From: Chitinophagales bacterium
GTDB lineage: Bacteria; Bacteroidota; Bacteroidia; Chitinophagales; CAIODY01
Assembly: GCA_947452995.1 (NCBI GenBank)
Contig: CANGEV010000013.1
Location: 2,033 to 66,032, forward strand
Length of the DNA: 64,000 nt
Direction: 5' to 3'
Shown: positions 49,377 to 58,548 of the stretch, in pieces
Layout: each line of letters begins with the position of its first letter
How positions within the stretch are numbered: position 1 is the stretch's first letter
Position numbers and translations under genes: made by a program
The notes under the pieces: generated by a model
What the model was told of the DNA's origin: nothing
The model's database searches: none
The model's input: the letters and a program-made list of their open reading frames with translations, nothing else

Positions 49377-51821
49377 TTAGTCTTCTTCAACCGAACCCTT
49401 TTTCTTGCTACCACTAGTGCTTTTGCTAGAGCTAGGCTTTGTAGTGGTTGTGCTTGTCTTAGACTTACTACTAGATGGCTTTGCTTTGGAGGAAGTGCTT
49501 TCTTCCTCATCGCTCGTACTTGCAGCAGGCTCATCGCTAGAGGATTCATCTGTTGTAGCTTCTTCACTATCTTCTGTTTCAGTTTTCTTCGGAGCAGCCT
49601 TCGTAGGTGTTGTTTTCTTGGTATCTGTTCCTGCCGGAGCTGGCGTTTCAGTAGCAGGCTTATTGTTTGGATTACCAATAAAATTAGCACCTTTACCTTC
49701 TTTCTCACGAGCTTCTACTTCTTGAGTAGTCGTAGCAGAATCTACCGTAATAGGTGCTGCTTGGTCGTAAATGATAGTGGTATTTGCAATCTGACCAATA
49801 ATCTTAAATTCAGTACGACGGTTACGTGCACGACATTCAGGACAGTCGCTACCATCAGGACGTTGGTTGATCGTATCTGGACGAGTTTCACCGTATCCTT
49901 TCGCAACTAATCGTTGTTTGTCGACACCATTTGTAATTAAGTACTTAACAACGCTTTCCGCACGTGCCTGTGAAAGCTTCATATTGTAGGCATCATTACC
50001 GCGGTTATCCGTATGCGAGCTGATTTCAACTTTTATGACAGGATTATCGGTTAGGATACCAAGTAACTGCTTCAGGGCAGGCTCTGATTCTGCTTGTAAT
50101 TCTGCGCGATCGTATGCATAATAAATACCTTCGATACGTACAGATTTCGGCTTAATTTTTTCAATAAAGATATCTACCGTCATGGTATCACTTTCATCTA
50201 AACCTTTAACAGAACAAGTAGCATTATTAGCATAATAACCATCCTTCGTCACGTGTATTTTATACGACTGGTTACGTGCTAAATTGAACATGTAGGTCGC
50301 TTTGTTACGAGAGAACGTAGTATCATAACGCATCGCATCTTTATCCGCGGAGTCGCAAGTGATTTGAACAACTGCCGTTAATAATGGATTCTTTTTCTTC
50401 TTATCATCAGAATCATAGATACGTCCTTTCACTGCAAAGTGAGGGATAATGATATAGTCGAATTGATAGATATCATCGCAACAAGTAGCACTCTTCAATT
50501 CATATCCTCCTGGGCGGTTGGATACGAAGAATCCACCACGGTGATTGGGCCAATGTGTGAAATAGCGATCGTCAACAGAGGAGTTGATAGGATATCCAAC
50601 GTTAGTCGGATCTTCGAATTTCTTAGTATTTCCTTTAACCCTAAAAACGTCAAAACCACCCATTCCAACACGACCGTTTGATGAGAAATATAAGGTCTTT
50701 TCTTTCTCATCATAAAAAGGCGTCACCTCATCACCGGCTGTATTTATCTTCTTTCCTAAATTAACAGGAGCGGTACAAGACCCATCTTTCTTAAAGATTG
50801 TATAGTATAAATCTTGGCCACCAGCACTACCTTCTTCGCGATCTGAGACGAAGTACAATATTATTTCTCCTGGCTTAACACCTTTCGCAGCAGCAGGCTG
50901 CGTGTTGTTTGTTCCTGCCTTATTTACAGTGCTCGACAAACGTGTTGGTGTCGACCATGACTCGCCTTTACGTTCTGCAAAATAGATATCACAGTGCAAA
51001 TGCAAATCAGTTGGAGAAGCTTCACGACAGCGAGAGAAGAAGAAATATTTACCATCCGGGCTAAAGCTTCCATTGCCGGTATGATCCATATTACTATTGA
51101 TATTACCATCGCCAAATTCTTTTGGCTTACCCCAAGCTCCATTTTTGTTTTTACGAGAGGTCTCATAAATACGGGATACATAAGAAGATCGATCTGTACC
51201 ACCAATAACTACTACAGTATCGGATTTGATGGAAGAATAGATCATCTTTAAATCAGTAACAGCTGCTGGTCCAAAATCAGAATAATGATTATTCACATTT
51301 TTGCCCAGATGCTTTACAATAAGTTTTAAAGGATTATTAATCATCTTCAAGGCAAGCTCACAACCCTTTGATTCTTCCTTAGCGATTTTTATAACAGCGG
51401 CTTTAGGATCTTCTTCATCGCCTTTGTACGACTTAGCAAGCTTATCGAACAAGGCTTTAGCTTGATCATATTTTCCGTTATACTTCATCATGAGTGCGTA
51501 GAAAAACTGCGCGTTCATGTTTTCTGTTTTATTCATAGCAAACGCCTTCTTATACCACTCTTCCGCGCTTATATAATCACGTGCATTACGATATGCGTCT
51601 GCTAATTTGAAGGCAACATCTGCATCATCTTTTTCATCTTTCATATACGACTTGTAATAATCGATCGCATTGTAGAAGCTTCCGATTTTTGCCAAGTTAT
51701 CTGCGATTTCCAATTTACGTTTGGTAGGAATATCCATTGGATCTTGCACTTCCTGTGCGAATATTGGCGTTGAGGCCAACATCACAAAAAACAAAAGCGC
51801 AATAGTATATATTCGATTCAT
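49377..51821 (-). CDS. PorE-like OmpA-family protein (TPR, PD40 propeller, OmpA_C) with low-complexity tail
   Basis: TPR region, PVNLGKKINTAGDE/GMGGFD repeats, SHTDNRG...LSQARA...GYGE...NRRTEF. Confidence 0.9.
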   Translation of the reverse strand: MNRIYTIALLFFVMLASTPIFAQEVQDPMDIPTKRKLEIADNLAKIGSFYNAIDYYKSYMKDEKDDADVAFKLADAYRNARDYISAEEWYKKAFAMNKTENMNAQFFYALMMKYNGKYDQAKALFDKLAKSYKGDEEDPKAAVIKIAKEESKGCELALKMINNPLKLIVKHLGKNVNNHYSDFGPAAVTDLKMIYSSIKSDTVVVIGGTDRSSYVSRIYETSRKNKNGAWGKPKEFGDGNINSNMDHTGNGSFSPDGKYFFFSRCREASPTDLHLHCDIYFAERKGESWSTPTRLSSTVNKAGTNNTQPAAAKGVKPGEIILYFVSDREEGSAGGQDLYYTIFKKDGSCTAPVNLGKKINTAGDEVTPFYDEKEKTLYFSSNGRVGMGGFDVFRVKGNTKKFEDPTNVGYPINSSVDDRYFTHWPNHRGGFFVSNRPGGYELKSATCCDDIYQFDYIIIPHFAVKGRIYDSDDKKKKNPLLTAVVQITCDSADKDAMRYDTTFSRNKATYMFNLARNQSYKIHVTKDGYYANNATCSVKGLDESDTMTVDIFIEKIKPKSVRIEGIYYAYDRAELQAESEPALKQLLGILTDNPVIKVEISSHTDNRGNDAYNMKLSQARAESVVKYLITNGVDKQRLVAKGYGETRPDTINQRPDGSDCPECRARNRRTEFKIIGQIANTTIIYDQAAPITVDSATTTQEVEAREKEGKGANFIGNPNNKPATETPAPAGTDTKKTTPTKAAPKKTETEDSEEATTDESSSDEPAASTSDEEESTSSKAKPSSSKSKTSTTTTKPSSSKSTSGSKKKGSVEED

Positions 51822-51857
51822 ATTAGGCGAATTCGATTGATTGAAAAATAGAAAAAA

Positions 51858-52898
51858 TTAGAAACGAGGACAAACAAAAAGCGGTGGCGGCGGCGGCGGC
51901 GGCGTTGAATAACACGGTGCCTTATACATGATTGCGAACTCGAAACCGCCACGATATTTCGAAGCTGAACGCAGTCCTGACATATTCACATCATATGAAA
52001 TTGCTGCGCGGAAACGATTCATCTCACCTCCAAACATTAATTGCGTAGCATCTTTCATACGATAATACAAACCGCCAAAATAAGCTAGTCCGTCTTCATC
52101 ATTACTGACGTTATAATTTACTTCACCTCCGAAATTAAACTCGCTCGCAGAAGACTGCCCCATATAAAGGATATTCGGAATAATACTTAAATTATCATTC
52201 ATCTTATAACGAACGGTCGCATGAAACACTTTACGCGAACTCAATTCATTCTTTGAACCTGTGTAAAATGATTCCAACGGGCTCATCACATGGAATAAGG
52301 CAAGTCCTGAATAGAAACTCATCTTTTCGTTAATGACACCTGAGAATTGCAAGCCTCCATTCATATCAAACACTGTTGATGTACCGGTTGTAAGATTCGT
52401 TTCAAAGGAGTTACGATATGGATCAATATAGTTTCCATCCCATTGTGTTTCCCATGTCAAAGCCCCCACATCTACTTTCTTTTGACGAAACGCAGGTTGC
52501 ATACCGAAGGATAATTTGTATTGCTGGTAATTTTCTCCAAAGCCTAAATGCAAGGCAAACGTTGGAGATACTTCCATCGTAGAAATAACATTAGAAGCGA
52601 CGTCATTGAAAATGCCGACACCCAATCCTAAAGCCGCTGAACGTTTACGATTTAGGTACACAGGAATATCATAATATGCCGCAGTAGTCTTGTAAGGAGA
52701 TGTTACACTCCCCCACTGACTACGATAGTTGACACCTGCGCGCCAGTTACATGCCAAGCCTGCTTGAGCAGGATTCAGCAAAATAGGGTTATGATAAAAC
52801 TGCGTGAGATGTATATCCTGAGCTGTTGTAGCATAGCCACTTAGCAACAAGAAAAACACAACAACGCATCGAAATATATTGGTTCGATTCATGGTCAT
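51858..52898 (-). CDS. PorP/SprF family T9SS outer-membrane protein
   Basis: AQDIHLTQFYHNPILLNPAQAG...YRSQW...SYD...GGFE; C-terminal poly-Pro then CPRF. Confidence 0.92.
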   Translation of the reverse strand: MTMNRTNIFRCVVVFFLLLSGYATTAQDIHLTQFYHNPILLNPAQAGLACNWRAGVNYRSQWGSVTSPYKTTAAYYDIPVYLNRKRSAALGLGVGIFNDVASNVISTMEVSPTFALHLGFGENYQQYKLSFGMQPAFRQKKVDVGALTWETQWDGNYIDPYRNSFETNLTTGTSTVFDMNGGLQFSGVINEKMSFYSGLALFHVMSPLESFYTGSKNELSSRKVFHATVRYKMNDNLSIIPNILYMGQSSASEFNFGGEVNYNVSNDEDGLAYFGGLYYRMKDATQLMFGGEMNRFRAAISYDVNMSGLRSASKYRGGFEFAIMYKAPCYSTPPPPPPPLFVCPRF

Positions 52899-53042
52899 AG
52901 GATACAGAGGTCTAAACGGATTTTACTCCACTAACAAAAATAAAAATTTATCCCATAAGTTAAGGTCTTTGCCCCATCTTTTTTTACCGGATAAAAAGGC
53001 CGATTTTTCTTATTTTTGTCGGTTACGACCCCAACTATAGGT

Positions 53043-54539
53043 ATGCAAGCAAATTACCAAGAATACAAAAGACAGTTACAAAAGATAGCAGATGTCAGAA
53101 TGGCAGCTGCCGTACTCAACTGGGACCAAGAAACCTATTTGCCATCAAAAGCGGCAGGTATTCGCGCCCAACAGCTCTCTACCTTAAGTGGTATCGCGCA
53201 TGAAATGTTTACTGAGAAGGCATTGGGAGAAATTCTTCTAACGCTGATTAAAAAAAACGCTGAACTGTCTGAGAGAGAGCTAAGTAATGTTAAACACAGC
53301 TTGGAGGATTATCAGCGTGAGCAAAAATACCCGACAGAATGGGTGGTTCGTTTATCACAAACGATCGCCGAAGCCTATCACAACTGGGTAGGAGCGCGTG
53401 AAAACAACGATTTTAACCAATTCGCACCTTCTTTAGCAAAGCTTGTTGAGATGAAGCGCGAAGAAGCCAAAATGCTTGGCTATAAGGAACATCCTTATGA
53501 TGCACTCCTCCACTTATACGAACCGGGATTAACAACTGCGGAAATGACACGCGTTTTCGACTCCGTAAAAGAGCCCTTGAAAGCGCTGTTGGCGAAAATA
53601 AAAAGCCAAACACAAGTGAATGACGACTTCATGCGTGAACAATACGACAAAGACAAACAGTGGGAGTTTGGTTTAAAATTGCTTAAAAATATTGGCTTCG
53701 ACTTTGAAGCAGGTCGCCAAGATTTATCGATACATCCATTCACAACAAACTTTGCTGCAAGTGATGTCCGTCTAACCACAAAAGTAGATGAAGAAGATTT
53801 TAATGCCATGACCTGGTCGTGCTTGCACGAAGGTGGGCATGGGCTTTATGAGCAAGGTTTGCCTGAAGATGAATATGGCTTACCTGGCGGCGAAGCTGTT
53901 TCTCTAGGAATTCATGAATCGCAGAGTCGATTATGGGAGAATATGGTGGGAAGAAGTTTTACGTATTGGAAATGCCATTACAGTTCCTTGCAAGAGCAGT
54001 TCCCAGAAGCGCTTAAACGCGTTAGTTTGGAAGAATTCTATGCAGCCATTAACAAAGTTGAGCCTTCGCTCATTCGTATCGAAGCGGATGAATTAACGTA
54101 TCACTTTCATGTTTTAATTCGTTTCGAAATAGAAAAAGCGCTTATTGAAGGAAGTTTGGAGGTAGCACAAATTCCAGAAACATGGAATGCTAAATACAAA
54201 GAATATCTTGGCGTAGAAATCCCAAATGACGTCAAAGGATGTATGCAAGACATCCATTGGTCGCACGGTAGCTTTGGCTATTTCCCAACCTATAGCATCG
54301 GTTCATTTTATGCGGCTCAATTTTTTTATTATGCTGAACAGGCAATCCCTGAACTAGCCTCACAGCTGGAGAGCGGACATTGCGCGACGCTTTTAGGATG
54401 GCTACGTGAAAATATTCATCAGTATGGCCGTCAATATACTGCCGATCAACTCTGTCAACGTATAGGAGGCGAATCACTCAACCCTGCTTATTTCTTAAAA
54501 TATGCAGAAGCAAAGTATAAAGCTATCTACCATTTCTAA
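53043..54539 (+). CDS. M32 carboxypeptidase (Taq-type)
   Basis: HPF, HEGGH, HESQSRLWEN, IRIEADE and QDIHWSHGSFGYFPTY motifs. Confidence 0.95.
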   Translation: MQANYQEYKRQLQKIADVRMAAAVLNWDQETYLPSKAAGIRAQQLSTLSGIAHEMFTEKALGEILLTLIKKNAELSERELSNVKHSLEDYQREQKYPTEWVVRLSQTIAEAYHNWVGARENNDFNQFAPSLAKLVEMKREEAKMLGYKEHPYDALLHLYEPGLTTAEMTRVFDSVKEPLKALLAKIKSQTQVNDDFMREQYDKDKQWEFGLKLLKNIGFDFEAGRQDLSIHPFTTNFAASDVRLTTKVDEEDFNAMTWSCLHEGGHGLYEQGLPEDEYGLPGGEAVSLGIHESQSRLWENMVGRSFTYWKCHYSSLQEQFPEALKRVSLEEFYAAINKVEPSLIRIEADELTYHFHVLIRFEIEKALIEGSLEVAQIPETWNAKYKEYLGVEIPNDVKGCMQDIHWSHGSFGYFPTYSIGSFYAAQFFYYAEQAIPELASQLESGHCATLLGWLRENIHQYGRQYTADQLCQRIGGESLNPAYFLKYAEAKYKAIYHF

Positions 54540-54571
54540 TTTAACACTCGAACACTAACGATACTATCCGT

Positions 54572-56911
54572 ATGAAAATCTGGAGCTATTTCGCGAAATT
54601 AATTTTGAATAATAAATGGACATGGATCAGCATTATTACTGCTGCAACCATTTTCATGGGCTATCACGCCACTAAAATTCATATTAGTAACGAATTCAAT
54701 AGAAGTATACCGACTGACAACCCTAAATTTGTTGAATACCAAAAGTTCAAACAAAAGTTTGGCGAAGACGGAAATGCTTTGGTAATCGGCTTTAAAGAGG
54801 ACACCAAAAAGTTATTCACTGCGAATTACTTCAACGCCTATCAGCAATGGATTGCAGATTTGAAGAAAATAAAAGGCGTAGAAAGTGTGCTTGGCGTTGG
54901 CAACAGTATCACCGTTATTTATGACACGGCAACTGCTGATTATAAGGTAAAACCAATCTTTGTCAATCATTACACTTCACAAGTTGCCTTAGACTCCGCA
55001 AGAGATTTGTTTATGTCATTACCATTCTATGGCGATCGTCTTTACAATACACAAACACATGCAACATTACTTGCGGTAAAGATTCGTAAAGAATTAATGA
55101 ATACGGATGAACGTAAGAGAATTGTCGCTGAAATTAAAACAGTCAGCGATTCTTTCAGCGCCAAAAATGGTACAGAACTCCATTTTAGCGGATTACCTTA
55201 TATCAGAACACAGATTGCAAAGAAACTTGCAGCTGAAGGAACACTCTTCACGATTCTTTCTTTGATACTGACAGCAATCATTCTTTATCTTTTCTTTCGC
55301 TCTATTTCTGCTACTTTATTTTCGCTGGTAGTCGTTTTAGTGGGTGTTGTTTTCACCTTGGGTAGTATCCATTTAATGGGCTATCAAGTCACCATTTTAA
55401 CAGCATTGGTTCCAACATTAATTGTCGTAATAGGAATTCCAAATTGTATATACCTGATTAATAAGTATCACTTAGAGTATGCACATCTTGGCGATCGTCG
55501 ACTTGCACTAGAAGGTGTTGTAGAAAAAATGGGGATTGTAACATTGTTTACGAATTTAACAGCAGCCATTGGTTTCTTCGTTTTCATATTTACCAAATCA
55601 GCTTTGCTGACGGAGTTTGGATGGATTGCGAGTATTAATATTCTGGTCATATTTGTTTTATCACTTATCCTAATTCCAATCCTATTTTCATTTATTGCGC
55701 CGCCGCATAAAGAAGATACCAACTACCTAGAGATGGGATTCTTACAGCGTATTATTCAATGGTTAGAACATATTGTTTTGCATAAACGCAAAGCCATTTA
55801 CCTAAGCTCCTTAATCGTCGGTTTAATCGGTATTGCAGGTATGTACCGTTTACAATCACAAGCATATATCGTAGACGACTTACCGCGAAAGGATCCTATC
55901 TATTTAGATCTTAAATGGTTTGAAAGCCAGTTTCATGGTATCATGCCTTTTGAAGTAATCATTGATGCACACAAGAAAAACAGAGCTACGAATCCGAAGA
56001 TGTTTGCAAAGATTGAAGAGTTGGAAACTGCTTTACATCAATACCCTGAATTCTCCCCTACATTAAGTATCACAGAAGGTCTGAAATTCGCTACGCAAGC
56101 TTATTTCGGAGGCGATCCAGAAAACTATCGTTTGCCAGAAGGATTCGAACAAGCCTTCGTTTACGATCCATTAATCAAGAAAAAAGACAAGAATACGAAG
56201 GGCGCAAATATGCTAACGGCTTTCTTAGATAGCAACAAACAAACAGCTCGCGTAAGTTTAACAATGAAGGATGTGGGTAGTCAGAAATTGCCGCAACTTT
56301 TAGATAGTATCCGTCCGCAAGTGAACGCTATCTTCGATACTTCGAAATATACCGTCACACTTACCGGAGCATCGGTCATCTTCTTAGAAGGAAGTAAATT
56401 TATCATCAACGGTTTAAGAGAAAGTTTGATTTACGCATTCATTACAATCATTTTCTGTATGCTATGGCTTTTCCGTTCTATGCGAATCCTATTAGTTTCA
56501 ATACTTCCCAATATATTACCAATGATAATGACAGCAGGTATCATGGGTTGGATGGGCATTCCACTCAAACCATCTACCGTACTTATCTTCAGCATATCGC
56601 TTGGTATTGCTATAGACGTCACCATTCGATTCTTGGTTAATTACAAACAAGAATTACCATTCCATGGCGGACATATTAAACCTACAGTTATCCGTACAAT
56701 TCAAGAAACAGGTGTAAGTATTATTTACACATCCCTTGTTTTGTTCGCAGGCTTCTTCATCTTCGTTGTATCTGATTTCGGTGGAACAAAAGCGCTTGGC
56801 TTGCTGACATCCTTAACATTGGTATTTTCTATGATTGCCAATTTAACCTTATTGCCAGCATTGCTCCTTTGGGTAGATAAACGCGTTACGAAGAAAGAGC
56901 AGAAAGCCTAA
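54572..56911 (+). CDS. MMPL/RND-family membrane transporter
   Basis: Two repeats of TM + periplasmic domain + TM bundle; SGLPYIR and SISLGIAIDVTIRF motifs. Confidence 0.88.
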   Translation: MKIWSYFAKLILNNKWTWISIITAATIFMGYHATKIHISNEFNRSIPTDNPKFVEYQKFKQKFGEDGNALVIGFKEDTKKLFTANYFNAYQQWIADLKKIKGVESVLGVGNSITVIYDTATADYKVKPIFVNHYTSQVALDSARDLFMSLPFYGDRLYNTQTHATLLAVKIRKELMNTDERKRIVAEIKTVSDSFSAKNGTELHFSGLPYIRTQIAKKLAAEGTLFTILSLILTAIILYLFFRSISATLFSLVVVLVGVVFTLGSIHLMGYQVTILTALVPTLIVVIGIPNCIYLINKYHLEYAHLGDRRLALEGVVEKMGIVTLFTNLTAAIGFFVFIFTKSALLTEFGWIASINILVIFVLSLILIPILFSFIAPPHKEDTNYLEMGFLQRIIQWLEHIVLHKRKAIYLSSLIVGLIGIAGMYRLQSQAYIVDDLPRKDPIYLDLKWFESQFHGIMPFEVIIDAHKKNRATNPKMFAKIEELETALHQYPEFSPTLSITEGLKFATQAYFGGDPENYRLPEGFEQAFVYDPLIKKKDKNTKGANMLTAFLDSNKQTARVSLTMKDVGSQKLPQLLDSIRPQVNAIFDTSKYTVTLTGASVIFLEGSKFIINGLRESLIYAFITIIFCMLWLFRSMRILLVSILPNILPMIMTAGIMGWMGIPLKPSTVLIFSISLGIAIDVTIRFLVNYKQELPFHGGHIKPTVIRTIQETGVSIIYTSLVLFAGFFIFVVSDFGGTKALGLLTSLTLVFSMIANLTLLPALLLWVDKRVTKKEQKA

Positions 56912-58533
56912 TCAGGTAATTTTATTTCTTGAACTACTTCCCAATTTCCTTTTACCTGGATATTGATAGGAAGACTAACTAATTTTTCAGGCTGACGATG
57001 TTGGAAATAATTTCCAGTGTCCCAATCTCCATTACCATTGGCATCTTGCAAACATTTCACCTTGTAGGTACCAGGCCAAATATGCTTCAAAGCAACATCT
57101 GTAGTGGTAGCAGGAAAACGATAAACAACTTGGTCGTTTAACATTAGATAGACAATTGTGCTCGAAGCAACTTTGTCTAAGTGCAATTGAAGTGAAGCTC
57201 GCTCTTCTTCCGTAGCACGATGTAAATTAAACTTCAGCGTATCATAATAATTAGTGGGTAATAATACCAGTTTAAAGTCATTCCAATTCGCAAATCGAGC
57301 ATTGTCAATTTGCAAGACTAGGCCATCATCAGACAGCATCGAACTATCAATCTGAATTCTGGTGGATGAGCTTGAATCCTTTACTAAATAAACACCGCTC
57401 GCATTCAATACATTTGCCTTCAAAGGACGGTTGAAGCGAAGACATAAATTTTGATTCGGCAAGAAGGATTGTAGTATGGCATTCGATTTAGACATGCGTG
57501 ATCCTGACTGCGTATTTAAGACCGCACTTGCTAAAAATTTCTTTTTCCATTGCAAACTATCTTCGTCGGCTTTTATTTCCCATACAATGGTATCCTTTAA
57601 TAGTTTACTGCTAACCTCAAGTATTATTGAGTCGCGTGCGGCGGGATTAGTATATACATAGGCCGTGTCATTGTTACGCGTCAAATGGAAGGCACAAGGC
57701 TGATTAGCACGTAGTACACGTATGTTCGGTCTTGTATTGCTTAATGGTTTCGACCATATCAACTGCTGAATTCCTGCTGCAATTGTTTTATTCGATATTA
57801 ATTGCGCTTTATCATTTTCATTCTTAAAAGCCAATAAAGGAATAATTGATCCGGTTGCCTTAGCTACAATCAGCGTATCTGAAAAGGCGATATTTTCTGT
57901 CACTTGATCAAAAAGGTAATTACTGTTTTCATCTTTCACAGCAAATAAACGATACTTCGTTTCCTTGATATTATTAATTCGCCAACGTCCGTCTGCATCC
58001 GACTTTGTAAAATAATAGGGCATTCGCTTTGCAGGGACAGAATCATTCAGATCTGTATAAAGCATCACCAAATAATCCTTTAATGGTTTTCCTGTATAAG
58101 CGTCCTTCAAGGTGCCCGCAACAAAAGCAGTATCTAAAAAATTCCCAGTACTAAATACATATGAAAAATTCTTGACAGGGTTTCGTTCAGTGATATCTGT
58201 AATTACGTCTCCGAAATTTACACTATAGGTTGTATTGGGTAACAAGCTATCTTTTATTTCAATGCGAATAGTTTTGTTCTTCGCTTTAATCGAAGGAGTA
58301 TTACCTAGTGGAGGAGATATGATTACAGCATCCGAATTCAAAAGCTGCACATATTCATCAAACTGAAGGCGAATATCTTTCGATAACATGGCTGTAGAAC
58401 CATTTGCTGGTAATGCTTTCACCAAGGTGGGAGCTTTAGTGTCTTTTGCACCGCCATCCGGATTTACCACATGCGCACAGGAGACTACTATAGCCAAGCA
58501 AAGAATCCATAAAAACGTTCGCAAAATACGCAT
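56908..58533 (-). CDS. Ig-like (Big_5) domain lipoprotein
   Basis: Lipobox VVSC followed by PDGGAKDTKAP; FDEYV, PNTTYSVNFG and DANGNGDWDTG motifs. TACCTTTG box 4 nt before ATG. Confidence 0.85.
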   Translation of the reverse strand: MRILRTFLWILCLAIVVSCAHVVNPDGGAKDTKAPTLVKALPANGSTAMLSKDIRLQFDEYVQLLNSDAVIISPPLGNTPSIKAKNKTIRIEIKDSLLPNTTYSVNFGDVITDITERNPVKNFSYVFSTGNFLDTAFVAGTLKDAYTGKPLKDYLVMLYTDLNDSVPAKRMPYYFTKSDADGRWRINNIKETKYRLFAVKDENSNYLFDQVTENIAFSDTLIVAKATGSIIPLLAFKNENDKAQLISNKTIAAGIQQLIWSKPLSNTRPNIRVLRANQPCAFHLTRNNDTAYVYTNPAARDSIILEVSSKLLKDTIVWEIKADEDSLQWKKKFLASAVLNTQSGSRMSKSNAILQSFLPNQNLCLRFNRPLKANVLNASGVYLVKDSSSSTRIQIDSSMLSDDGLVLQIDNARFANWNDFKLVLLPTNYYDTLKFNLHRATEEERASLQLHLDKVASSTIVYLMLNDQVVYRFPATTTDVALKHIWPGTYKVKCLQDANGNGDWDTGNYFQHRQPEKLVSLPINIQVKGNWEVVQEIKLPD

Positions 58534-58548
58534 GTCGCAAAGGTACGA

